A stretch of DNA of 31,562 nt. Source: a virus. The translations under genes and the position numbers were made by a program. The stretch lies in the UHGV virus genome UHGV-0208736, one strand, 5' to 3'. This document shows positions 15,386 to 23,030 of this stretch, piece by piece. The notes under the pieces are model-generated. The model searched no databases and was not told the DNA's origin. It saw only the letters and a list, made by a program, of their open reading frames with translations. Each line of letters opens with the position of its first letter. The first letter of the stretch is position 1.

Positions 15386-15772
15386 ATGAATCTTAAAGCA
15401 ACTGTCGTAGCAGGAGCATGTTTCATCATCCTGGCTTACGCACACGGCATCTACCAGTATCGCAGCGGCTGGAACGAAGGCCGGGCGAATCTCGTTTCGC
15501 AGCAACAGCAGAAAGCACAGGCCGAGTTAGCGAAGAAAACACAACGGCAGCAGCAGAACGAATCGAAGGCTGCAGCCGCTGACATCGAAGGCAAGACGAA
15601 ATCAGAGGTGATTACCCGTGAAGTCGTTAAGTACATTAAAACGCCTGGTCGCAGCGTGTGCACTTTCGATGATGCTCGCGTCCTGCTCAAGTCCCGCGCC
15701 GTCGCAAACGCCAATTCCATCCCCGGATACGACGATGATGCAGCCGCCGTGCAAACTGGCCGCGCCAAGTAG
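15386..15772 (+). CDS. i-spanin (Rz-like inner-membrane spanin subunit)
   Basis: 128 aa; N-terminal TM segment ATVVAGACFIILAYAHGIY followed by Gln/Lys/Ala-rich coiled-coil periplasmic domain; strong SD GAGAAAGGGGG; contains embedded o-spanin gene in another frame. Confidence 0.6.
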   Translation: MNLKATVVAGACFIILAYAHGIYQYRSGWNEGRANLVSQQQQKAQAELAKKTQRQQQNESKAAAADIEGKTKSEVITREVVKYIKTPGRSVCTFDDARVLLKSRAVANANSIPGYDDDAAAVQTGRAK

Positions 15773-15881
15773 CGACGCGGACGAGGATTTGGCTATCGAC
15801 GTTCAGAATGCCGAATGTGTACGGCAGCTAAGACTGAAAGTGTTCATGTTGCAGGATTACGTGCGGAATATTCTGGAATAG
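15618..15881 (+). CDS. o-spanin (Rz1-like outer-membrane lipoprotein), overlapping the i-spanin gene in the +1 frame and extending 109 nt beyond it
   Basis: GTG start with SD AGAGGTG; lipoprotein signal MKSLSTLKRLVAACALSMMLAS|C with lipobox LASC; Pro-rich mature region SSPAPSQTPIPSPDTT. Confidence 0.6.
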   Translation: MKSLSTLKRLVAACALSMMLASCSSPAPSQTPIPSPDTTMMQPPCKLAAPSSDADEDLAIDVQNAECVRQLRLKVFMLQDYVRNILE

Positions 15882-15963
15882 TTGCCTTGCATGTTGGAAT
15901 AATTTATTCTTGACATGTAAATCCGGGTGGCCCGGATTCCAACGTCCAGGGGACATACTGACT

Positions 15964-16665
15964 ATGAATCGTTTTTTACGTTATCCGTTCCAGGAAGAAG
16001 CTGGGGCAGAAGATAAATCTGGTGGCGGTGATGCGCCGAAAATGTTCACCGCTGAAGAAGTTCAGGCGCTGATTGAGAAAGAAGTCGCCGGGCTTAAGGC
16101 TAATCAGGAAGCATTGCTGGCGGAGAAGAAAGAAGCCGCTCGTAAAGCAAAAGAGGCCGAAGAAGAACGGCAGCGCGCACACCAGGAGGCGTTAAAAGCC
16201 GCTGGTAAGATGGACGAGTTCGAAAAGACGATTCGTAGCCAGTATGACCCGGTGTTAGCCGAGAAAGATGGTCGCATCTCCAGAATGGCAGAGCGCATCC
16301 TCGGCAGCGAACGTAAAGCGGTGTTAGGCTCTTTCGCGGGTGACTTTATTACCCCGGAAGCAGTAGACATTCTTGCACCGTTCGTTAAGACTGAGTTTGA
16401 AGGTGATGATGTGGTTACTAAGTTTGTCGGTGCAGATGGCAACGTAATCACGACTGACCCGGAACAGTTCCGCAAATACCTGCGCGAACATAAAGCGTTT
16501 TCGCATTTGATTAAAGCAAATGCAGCTTCCGGCGGCGGGGCTTCCGGCAGCAAAGGCGGCGGGGCCGCACCAGCGTTTAAAGACATGAGTGAAGCAGAGC
16601 GTTTAGCTCTGTATAAATCGAACCCTGCCGAATTTGAACGGCAACTTAAAGCCCTGAGGAAATAA
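15964..16665 (+). CDS. capsid scaffolding protein (233 aa from ATG 15964; the track start at 15910 is TTG)
   Basis: Charged coiled-coil-rich protein (EEVQALIEKEVAGLKANQEALLAEKKEAARKAKEAEEERQ) immediately upstream of the major capsid gene. Confidence 0.55.
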   Translation: MNRFLRYPFQEEAGAEDKSGGGDAPKMFTAEEVQALIEKEVAGLKANQEALLAEKKEAARKAKEAEEERQRAHQEALKAAGKMDEFEKTIRSQYDPVLAEKDGRISRMAERILGSERKAVLGSFAGDFITPEAVDILAPFVKTEFEGDDVVTKFVGADGNVITTDPEQFRKYLREHKAFSHLIKANAASGGGASGSKGGGAAPAFKDMSEAERLALYKSNPAEFERQLKALRK

Positions 16666-16667
16666 TA

Positions 16668-17717
16668 ATGGCAATTACCACTATCGGCGATATCGTAACT
16701 GGCAACATCCCGGTCCTTGCGTCTTATATGACAGAGGACCCGGTAGAAAAAACCGCGTTCTTCCAGTCCGGTATTCTCACCCCTACCCCGTACGCTGCCG
16801 AGATTGCTCGCGGTCCGTCCAACATCGCTAATATCCCTTTCTGGAAAGCGATTGATACATCTATCGAACCGAACTACTCGAACGACGTATACCAGGACAT
16901 CGCAACCCCGCGTAATGTCCAGACCGGTGAGATGATGGCTCGCGTAGCGTACCTGAACGAAGGTTTCGGTCAGGCGGACCTGACGGTAGAACTGACCAGT
17001 CAGAACCCGCTGCAATCCGTAGCGTCCCGTCTGGATAACTTCTGGCAGCGCCAGGCACAACGTCGTCTGATTGCTACCGCGCTCGGCCTGTACAACGACA
17101 ACGTAGCTGCGACCGATGCGTACCACGAGCAGAATGACATGGTTATCGACGTGTCTGCTACTATGGGCTTCGACTCTGGCGCGTTCATCGACGCTACTCA
17201 GACTATGGGTGATGCGCTGATGGGTAACGGTGGTGAAGTGCTGGGTGCTATCGCGATGCACAGCTTCGTTTATGCGCAGGCCCGTAAGCAGCAGCTTATC
17301 GACTTCATCCGCGATGCGGACAACAACACCATGTTCGCCACCTACCAGGGCTATCGTGTGATTGTTGATGACAGCATGACCGTAGTCGGTACTGGCGGCA
17401 GCCGTAAGTTCATCTCCATTATCTTCGGCAACGGCGCTATCGGTTACGGCGAAGGTAACCCGGTCAAACCGCTGCACTACGAGTACGAAGCGTCCCGTGG
17501 TAACGGTGGTGGTGTCGAAACCCTGTGGACCCGTAAGACCTGGTTACTGCATCCGTTCGGCTACAGCTTCACCAGCGCAGTAATCACCGGCAACGGCACC
17601 GAGACCGTCGCACGCTCCGCTTCCTGGCAGGACCTGGCGAACGCCTCCAACTGGAACCGTGTGGTTGAGCGTAAGCACGTGCCGATTGCCTTCCTGGTAA
17701 CTGGTGTAGGCGCTTAA
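16668..17717 (+). CDS. major capsid protein
   Basis: 349 aa; follows scaffold with SD GAGGAA; strongly biased codon usage; followed by strong UUCG-loop terminator. Confidence 0.65.
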   Translation: MAITTIGDIVTGNIPVLASYMTEDPVEKTAFFQSGILTPTPYAAEIARGPSNIANIPFWKAIDTSIEPNYSNDVYQDIATPRNVQTGEMMARVAYLNEGFGQADLTVELTSQNPLQSVASRLDNFWQRQAQRRLIATALGLYNDNVAATDAYHEQNDMVIDVSATMGFDSGAFIDATQTMGDALMGNGGEVLGAIAMHSFVYAQARKQQLIDFIRDADNNTMFATYQGYRVIVDDSMTVVGTGGSRKFISIIFGNGAIGYGEGNPVKPLHYEYEASRGNGGGVETLWTRKTWLLHPFGYSFTSAVITGNGTETVARSASWQDLANASNWNRVVERKHVPIAFLVTGVGA

Positions 17718-17732
17718 GGTTAAGCTATAATC

Positions 17733-17760
17733 GAGAGGGACTTCGGTCCCTCTTTTCATT
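17733..17760 (+). terminator. rho-independent terminator after major capsid gene
   Basis: AGAGGGAC-TTCG-GTCCCTCT hairpin followed by TTTCATTT. Confidence 0.6.
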
Positions 17761-17776
17761 TACTAAGAGGTAAAGT

Positions 17777-18076
17777 ATGGCTAAGACCGGAAAAGGCTTA
17801 CCGCGCAGCCTTCAGAACGTTGACTTCGGCGACTTTGATATCCCCGTCGCACCGGCTACTACCAGCGCAGTTGGTGGGGTTAAAAAGTCAGCTACTGTAG
17901 CTGCGCCAGCAGCCATTACCGCTGCCGCCGGGGTGCAGTCCGCTGCGGACCCGACTAAGGCAGAGTTCGATGCGCTTGTAGCGGAGTACAACAAACTCCG
18001 AACCGATGTTACTGCGCTACGCACTACCGTAGCAAATTTGTTGACTGCGCTTAAAAACGCAGGAACTGTAAGCTAA
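17777..18076 (+). CDS. hypothetical virion protein (99 aa), possible head decoration protein
   Basis: Ala/Thr-rich ORF with SD AAGAGG; position between capsid and Ig-like protein genes. Confidence 0.4.
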   Translation: MAKTGKGLPRSLQNVDFGDFDIPVAPATTSAVGGVKKSATVAAPAAITAAAGVQSAADPTKAEFDALVAEYNKLRTDVTALRTTVANLLTALKNAGTVS

Positions 18077-18088
18077 AGGAGCTTAAAA

Positions 18089-18436
18089 ATGGTTGATGTA
18101 ATCAAACGTCGCATTGTTGGCGTCTCTGATGAAGACTCCGACGGTCAGGTTGAAATTGACATGGAGAATATTTCTCCTGCATCTTTCTCTACCGCACTCG
18201 CGGCTACCACCGAAGTTACAGCGGGGCAGACAATGACCCTCACCGTAGCAGTAACCGGCGGGTCTGAACCGTATTCGTACCAGTGGTTCAAGGATAACAA
18301 CGCTATCCCAGGCGCTACCGCGGCTACCTATGTTAAAGCGTCAACCACTACAGCCGATTCTGGCACGTATAAAGTGGTTGCGCAGGATGATTATGGTAAT
18401 ATTATCTCCAGTAGCACTGTAGCAACTGTGTCTTAA
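18089..18436 (+). CDS. Ig-like domain protein (probable capsid/virion decoration)
   Basis: 115 aa; SYQWFKDNNAIPGATAATYVKASTTTADSGTYKVVAQDDYGN resembles I-set/Big-type Ig repeat; SD AAGGAG; followed by UUCG-loop hairpin 18442-18457. Confidence 0.5.
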   Translation: MVDVIKRRIVGVSDEDSDGQVEIDMENISPASFSTALAATTEVTAGQTMTLTVAVTGGSEPYSYQWFKDNNAIPGATAATYVKASTTTADSGTYKVVAQDDYGNIISSSTVATVS

Positions 18437-18472
18437 TACAACGGCCCTTCGGGGCCGTAATAAGGAAAGGTC

Positions 18473-18652
18473 ATGGCAGATAATTATGTAATCCGCGAAA
18501 AGTACACCCACGTTGATGTTGTTAACGGTCAGGTGATGCCTGTTCGCGGGGTTGTAGGAGCGGATGAACTGGTTGCTACCCAACCGGACAACGAAGAAGC
18601 GCACAACAACGGCGGTGGTACTAAGCGTCGTCGCCGTAAATCAGAGGAATAA
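18473..18652 (+). CDS. unannotated 59-aa protein with basic C-terminus (…GGGTKRRRRKSEE)
   Basis: ATG with SD AAGGAAAGG; fills the gap between Ig-like gene and connector gene; one residue below track cutoff. Confidence 0.4.
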   Translation: MADNYVIREKYTHVDVVNGQVMPVRGVVGADELVATQPDNEEAHNNGGGTKRRRRKSEE

Positions 18653-18655
18653 TTC

Positions 18656-19168
18656 ATGCCGCTAATCGTGGAAGATGGGTCCATAGTACCTGGCGCTGAC
18701 AGTTACATTAGTCTGGCTGACGCCCGCGCGTTAGCGGCTAACTATGGTCTGGAGTTACCCGCCGACGATACCGCGGCGGAAGTAGCTCTGCGAAATGGGA
18801 CAACTTACGTAGGCCTGTCTGAGCCGCAGATGTGCGGTCGCTGCGTGTCGGCGGAGCAGTCACTGGCATATCCTCGCACTGGTGTTACGCTAAACGGGTT
18901 CCCAGTAGCTAACAACACCATTCCAAAACAGGTGATTCTTGCGCAGGTAATCGCTGCGGCTACATATGGCGCAGGTACTGAGGTACGGGCTAACTCAGAC
19001 GGTCGTTCCGTGCAGACTGAGCGTGTCGAGGGTGCGGTAACGGTGACATACTTCAACAACGGCAACAGTGGCGCTACAACCGCGATTACCGCTGCGGACG
19101 ATGCCTTACGCCCGTTACTGTGTGGCGGTCTTAACAATGGCTTCTCATTTAACGTGTATCGGGGATAA
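18656..19168 (+). CDS. head-tail connector/adaptor protein (gp6-like, DnaT-like domain pattern)
   Basis: 170 aa; N-terminus MPLIVEDGSIVPGADSYISLADARALAANYGL resembles adaptor-protein N-termini (from memory). Confidence 0.45.
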   Translation: MPLIVEDGSIVPGADSYISLADARALAANYGLELPADDTAAEVALRNGTTYVGLSEPQMCGRCVSAEQSLAYPRTGVTLNGFPVANNTIPKQVILAQVIAAATYGAGTEVRANSDGRSVQTERVEGAVTVTYFNNGNSGATTAITAADDALRPLLCGGLNNGFSFNVYRG

Positions 19169-19170
19169 AA

Positions 19171-19785
19171 ATGGCGAAGACCAAAACAGAGATGTTTACC
19201 CTTATCGGTGCGAACCTACCCGATAACATCACCGGACTTATTACCCCGGCAGCATTGCGCGAGGTAATGACGCAGATGGCCGACTCGCCTATTTACGCCA
19301 CTCCGGGGGTTAAAGAGGTTGAAGTTCTCCGTGCTGCATCGACCGTAACACAAGCGCCGACCGCAGTAGATACGGCATTGCAGTTAACTTTCGGCTCCGC
19401 TCAGGGTGGCGCATCTGACCCCGTGATGATTAACGCGGCAGGTCTGGTTACATTCAACACCGCGGGTAACTACGCCGTTCGCATCAAGTTACAGGCAGGA
19501 CGCACGGGGGCTAGTGGTACATCTATCCTGCTATCGCGCCTCCTTGTCAATGGCACTCAGTACGGCTCGCCCGCCGCCACGAAACTGGTTAGCGCCGACG
19601 TAACGATTCCGATTGAATCTCGCGTCGTTATTAACCCAACCGCAGGCCAGACGTTTGCCGTTCAGATTATGCGAGATAGCGCCGGTAGTAACTTCGGCGG
19701 CGTATACCCGCAAGCGGCTACCGTAACCGCATGGGGTACAGCACCGTCCGCGCTACTGGTTATCTCGAGACTGGAGGCCGCGTAA
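19171..19785 (+). CDS. hypothetical virion structural protein (204 aa)
   Basis: ORF within head-tail joining gene block; function not assignable from sequence. Confidence 0.4.
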   Translation: MAKTKTEMFTLIGANLPDNITGLITPAALREVMTQMADSPIYATPGVKEVEVLRAASTVTQAPTAVDTALQLTFGSAQGGASDPVMINAAGLVTFNTAGNYAVRIKLQAGRTGASGTSILLSRLLVNGTQYGSPAATKLVSADVTIPIESRVVINPTAGQTFAVQIMRDSAGSNFGGVYPQAATVTAWGTAPSALLVISRLEAA

Positions 19786-19916
19786 TGCGTAAAATAATTA
19801 ATATGTGGATTAACTCTGATTTTTTGTGGAAGTACGAATTTTTGGTATCAGTGTTTGCGCTGGTATCAACAACAGCTCTAATTATATTTTTAGCGGTTTG
19901 CGGGGAGTCAATATGA
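19785..19916 (+). CDS. unannotated 43-aa membrane peptide in an AT-rich insert (MRKIINMWINSDFLWKYEFLVSVFALVSTTALIIFLAVCGESI)
   Basis: TAATG overlap with upstream stop and ATGA overlap with downstream start; local GC far below neighbours. Confidence 0.35.
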   Translation: MRKIINMWINSDFLWKYEFLVSVFALVSTTALIIFLAVCGESI

Positions 19917-20272
19917 GCACCGCTTTCAGTAAACGTATGCAAGGCGTTGGTACACGACTACTAACCAAATTCGGTAGCACGGTATCGCTGGTTCGCGCTG
20001 GCTTGAAAGTGTGGGATGAAGCCCTCGGCGAGTACGTATGGTCTGCGGATGAAGTGCTGCCGTTGAGGGCCGTTCCGGTTCCGGTAAACGCGGGACTGGT
20101 AAACGGTACGACGATTCAGGCTGGCGACATGATTGTCAAAGCGGATTGCAGTGTCGTTCCGAAGATGGAAGACAAGGTGCAATTCGGCGGAGAGCAATGG
20201 TCTGTCGTAGCTATCGAGAAGAAGATGGTTAATGATGATGTCGTGGCGTATTTTATTCAGGTGAGAAAATGA
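19913..20272 (+). CDS. hypothetical head-tail joining protein (119 aa from ATG 19913)
   Basis: SD GGGGAG 8 nt upstream; the longer track ORF starting 19826 runs through the AT-rich insert in another frame and lacks an SD. Confidence 0.45.
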   Translation: MSTAFSKRMQGVGTRLLTKFGSTVSLVRAGLKVWDEALGEYVWSADEVLPLRAVPVPVNAGLVNGTTIQAGDMIVKADCSVVPKMEDKVQFGGEQWSVVAIEKKMVNDDVVAYFIQVRK

Positions 20273-20664
20273 GTTTCGCGCTTGATGTCTCTAAGTTCGT
20301 GGAAAAGGCGAAGAAGAACCCCGAGAAGGTGATGCGTCAGGTGTCTATCAAGCTGTTTTCCGCTATCATAAAGGCGAGTCCGGTAGATACGGGCCGCTTT
20401 CGTATGAACTGGATGGCATCTGGCGGTATTCCTGCTTCCGGGATTACGGACGCTACGGATAAATCAGGAAACATAGCTATCGGAAACGCTACGAGTTTCG
20501 TTCTGAAAGCTACAGACTGGCACGAGTTCACGCTGACAAATAATCTGCCGTATGCACAACGTCTGGAGTATGGTTGGTCGCAACAGGCCCCTGCCGGGAT
20601 GGTCCGGACTAACGTGTCCCGCTTCCAGCAACTCATTAACGAAGAAGCCAACAAGGTGAAATGA
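20269..20664 (+). CDS. HK97 gp10-like tail-component / head-tail joining protein
   Basis: 131 aa; ASPVDTGRFRMNW matches the PVDTGxLRxSW signature of the HK97 gp10 family (from memory). Confidence 0.5.
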   Translation: MSFALDVSKFVEKAKKNPEKVMRQVSIKLFSAIIKASPVDTGRFRMNWMASGGIPASGITDATDKSGNIAIGNATSFVLKATDWHEFTLTNNLPYAQRLEYGWSQQAPAGMVRTNVSRFQQLINEEANKVK

Positions 20665-21077
20665 TGGGATACTTTGAGGACTTAACAAAAGCGTTTGATG
20701 TGCCGCTGGTAGCCTTCGGAACCACCAACGGCATCAGGGTTGCGCTTGAAAACATCGACGCGCCGACGTCGACCGATACCCCGTATCTGGCAAGTTACAT
20801 GCTACTTGCGGATACGGAACAGGCTGACTTGTTCTTCACGGAACAACGTGCAGGTGTCTATCAGGTCGACATTAACTACGCATCGGTGAAAGGTAGCGCG
20901 CCGATCAATAAAATGGCAGACTTACTTAACACGGCGTTTAAAGCGGGTAAGTCATTTTCACGTAATGACATCTGTGCCGAGGTTCAATCGGTTAGCCTGG
21001 GGCCGCTGATTGTAGAAAACGGATGGGCCAAAAGACCATTGTCAATTAACTTTATTGCATTCACCAAGAGGCTGTGA
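20661..21077 (+). CDS. probable tail terminator / tail completion protein
   Basis: 138 aa; position immediately upstream of major tail gene; overlapping start/stop. Confidence 0.35.
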   Translation: MMGYFEDLTKAFDVPLVAFGTTNGIRVALENIDAPTSTDTPYLASYMLLADTEQADLFFTEQRAGVYQVDINYASVKGSAPINKMADLLNTAFKAGKSFSRNDICAEVQSVSLGPLIVENGWAKRPLSINFIAFTKRL

Positions 21078-21079
21078 AT

Positions 21080-22246
21080 ATGGCTACAACTCCTTTTAAG
21101 GGCGCGAATACCGCGCAATTCTATGTGGCGGAAACTACCCCGGGCGTAGCACCGGCTAACCCGGTATGGTCGCCGTTGCGTAACACTGGCGGTGTTCCTG
21201 CGGTAACCCGCGATGCGCTAACTTCCAACGAACTGGACGGCAGCCGTGAAACTACATCCATCCGAACCGGTAACAAGCAGGTTAGCGGGGAGTATGCCAT
21301 CGAGCTTAGCTCACGTAGCCAGGATGATTTCCTCGCGGGCGCGATGACTTCTACGTGGCAGGCTGGGGTAGAGATTACGGGTGCTGAAATTACGGTTGCC
21401 CCAGCAGGTAAAACATTTACCCGCGCTGCCGGTAGCTTCATTACTGACGGTGTAGAAGTTGGCGACCTGATTGCGTTCACCGACTTAACTGGCGACAACG
21501 CAAAACCGTTTATCGTGACCGAGGTTTCTGCTCTTGTAGTTACGGGTGCTGGCATTCAGCACACGCTGACAGCAGAGACTGTAACCACCGACGCTAAAAC
21601 CGGTGACAAACTGGAAACCGGTAACGCATGTAAGACGTTCTCCATCCTGACGTGGTTCAAAGGTCAGTGCGGCAACCCGGACGCGTACATGCTGACCAAA
21701 GGTGTCGAAATCTCTGGCTTCACCATAGAGCAAGCGGTCAACGCGATGGTTACGGGTAGCTTCCCGTTCATCGGCTTGAGCCAGGAGATTCTTTCTGCAC
21801 CGCCAGCGGGTTCTGACTTCTCGCAAGTAACCTTCACCGATGAGCCGTTCTCGTCTGTAGATGTGTCTGTGTTCGACGGTTCTACGCCGTTACGTTGCGA
21901 CACGCTTACCATCACCAACGACAACGGCGCATCCGCGCAGTTTGAACTCGGCAACAGTAGCGTGGCGTTCGTGGAACGTGGTCGCGCGGCTAACACCTTC
22001 TCCATCTCAGGCAAGCTGTACGACATGGCGATGATTCAGAAGTTTATCAACGAGCAGCAGGTAGAGATTAACTCTATTCTGGCGGGGGTAAACGGTGCTA
22101 TGTCTTTCAGTTTGAAACGTGCGGAGCTCACGGCGGTTACGCCAGAGATTGGCGGACCGGAGTCAATCACTCAAAGCATAGAAGGACAGTCCACAGGTAA
22201 CCAGTACCAGTCGTCTATTGTTATTCAGCGCATCACCTACGCATAA
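21080..22246 (+). CDS. major tail (tube) protein
   Basis: 388 aa from ATG 21080 (SD AAGAGG 8 nt upstream); followed by strong terminator; precedes chaperone and tape-measure genes. Confidence 0.5.
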   Translation: MATTPFKGANTAQFYVAETTPGVAPANPVWSPLRNTGGVPAVTRDALTSNELDGSRETTSIRTGNKQVSGEYAIELSSRSQDDFLAGAMTSTWQAGVEITGAEITVAPAGKTFTRAAGSFITDGVEVGDLIAFTDLTGDNAKPFIVTEVSALVVTGAGIQHTLTAETVTTDAKTGDKLETGNACKTFSILTWFKGQCGNPDAYMLTKGVEISGFTIEQAVNAMVTGSFPFIGLSQEILSAPPAGSDFSQVTFTDEPFSSVDVSVFDGSTPLRCDTLTITNDNGASAQFELGNSSVAFVERGRAANTFSISGKLYDMAMIQKFINEQQVEINSILAGVNGAMSFSLKRAELTAVTPEIGGPESITQSIEGQSTGNQYQSSIVIQRITYA

Positions 22247-22252
22247 AACTAA

Positions 22253-22276
22253 GGCCCCTTTCGGGGCCTTTTTCTT
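22253..22276. terminator. bidirectional rho-independent terminator between major tail gene and the minus-strand accessory island
   Basis: GGCCCC-TTTC-GGGGCC followed by TTTTTCTT (plus); on minus strand the same hairpin is followed by UUAGUUUUAU. Confidence 0.6.
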
Positions 22277-22505
22277 ACTCATCAATATTACTCCTGTACT
22301 CCCGTAACTTCTCCAGACTTTCAATTGCTTCTGCTAAGTCGGTTCCGGTGTCCTTGTGTCCCCGCAAGCCCATGCACAATAGCTTCTTTAATGCGTGCTG
22401 TAATGCTGGGTCTCGGATATCGAAGGCACGGAGCACATCATAAACGTCTACAGTCATGGTGCTGCCGTGAGTATTTGTCATTGTGCGGTTGTATTTTGAA
22501 GTCAT
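22275..22505 (-). CDS. hypothetical protein (76 aa), last gene of accessory island
   Basis: ORF; start codon choice uncertain (Met1, Met9 or Met17), none with a strong SD. Confidence 0.4.
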   Translation of the reverse strand: MTSKYNRTMTNTHGSTMTVDVYDVLRAFDIRDPALQHALKKLLCMGLRGHKDTGTDLAEAIESLEKLREYRSNIDE

Positions 22506-22514
22506 CTCTAAGCC

Positions 22515-23015
22515 CTATTTATAACCGTTGTTGAATGTTGTCAGCCCGTGGTTTATGTGGAATTTATTGGCTACGGACATGTAAATTCTTTCCGCAAAAG
22601 CGTCCTCTATTCTGTCAAATGTTTTACTAATCTGCTTGCCATTGACAACGGCATACGCTCTCCACTTAGTTTTTCCTTTCCGCGCCACGCCAGTAACTCC
22701 AGAGGTATTATCTTTGCGCCTTTTCACGTTAACCATGTTGTCCCTTCTTGATTTGCAGGACAGGTTTTCAATTCTGTCATCACATGTATCATGGTTAGTG
22801 TGGTCTATGACAAATCCTTTCGGAATCTTACCTGAGAACATCTCATACACCACCCTCGACCTTTTAAACTTACGGTTGCCAAACATGACGTACCAATAGC
22901 CGTTTTTACACAAACTCCCAGCCACATCACCTACATTCACATCGTTACGGCGACACGATTTTACTTTCCAGTATAGGACGCCGTTTTTGTAGCTAAAAAC
23001 TTCGCTCCAGTCCAT
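22515..23015 (-). CDS. HNH homing endonuclease with AP2-type domain (third copy)
   Basis: HNH core GFVIDHTNHDTCDDRIENLSCKSRRDN; AP2-like GVTGVARKGKTKWRAYAVVNGKQISKTFDRIEDAFAERIY. Confidence 0.75.
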   Translation of the reverse strand: MDWSEVFSYKNGVLYWKVKSCRRNDVNVGDVAGSLCKNGYWYVMFGNRKFKRSRVVYEMFSGKIPKGFVIDHTNHDTCDDRIENLSCKSRRDNMVNVKRRKDNTSGVTGVARKGKTKWRAYAVVNGKQISKTFDRIEDAFAERIYMSVANKFHINHGLTTFNNGYK

Positions 23016-23030
23016 CCTTTCACCTGTATT

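Noticed and set aside
15921-15937. Hairpin ATCCGGG-TGG-CCCGGAT between the o-spanin and scaffold genes, preceded by a TTGACA hexamer
   Set aside because: No U-tract follows, so it is not an intrinsic terminator. The TTGACA has no -10 element at a suitable distance (the hairpin occupies that position), so no promoter was called. Similar reasoning applies to the UUCG-loop hairpin at 18442-18457.
16104-17477. 457-aa ORF on the minus strand antisense to the scaffold and major capsid genes
   Set aside because: It lies entirely antisense to two well-supported, highly expressed late genes. It has no SD, and the translated product is Arg/Ser/Val-rich, as expected from the reverse frame of a GC-biased coding region. 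Judged a frame artefact.
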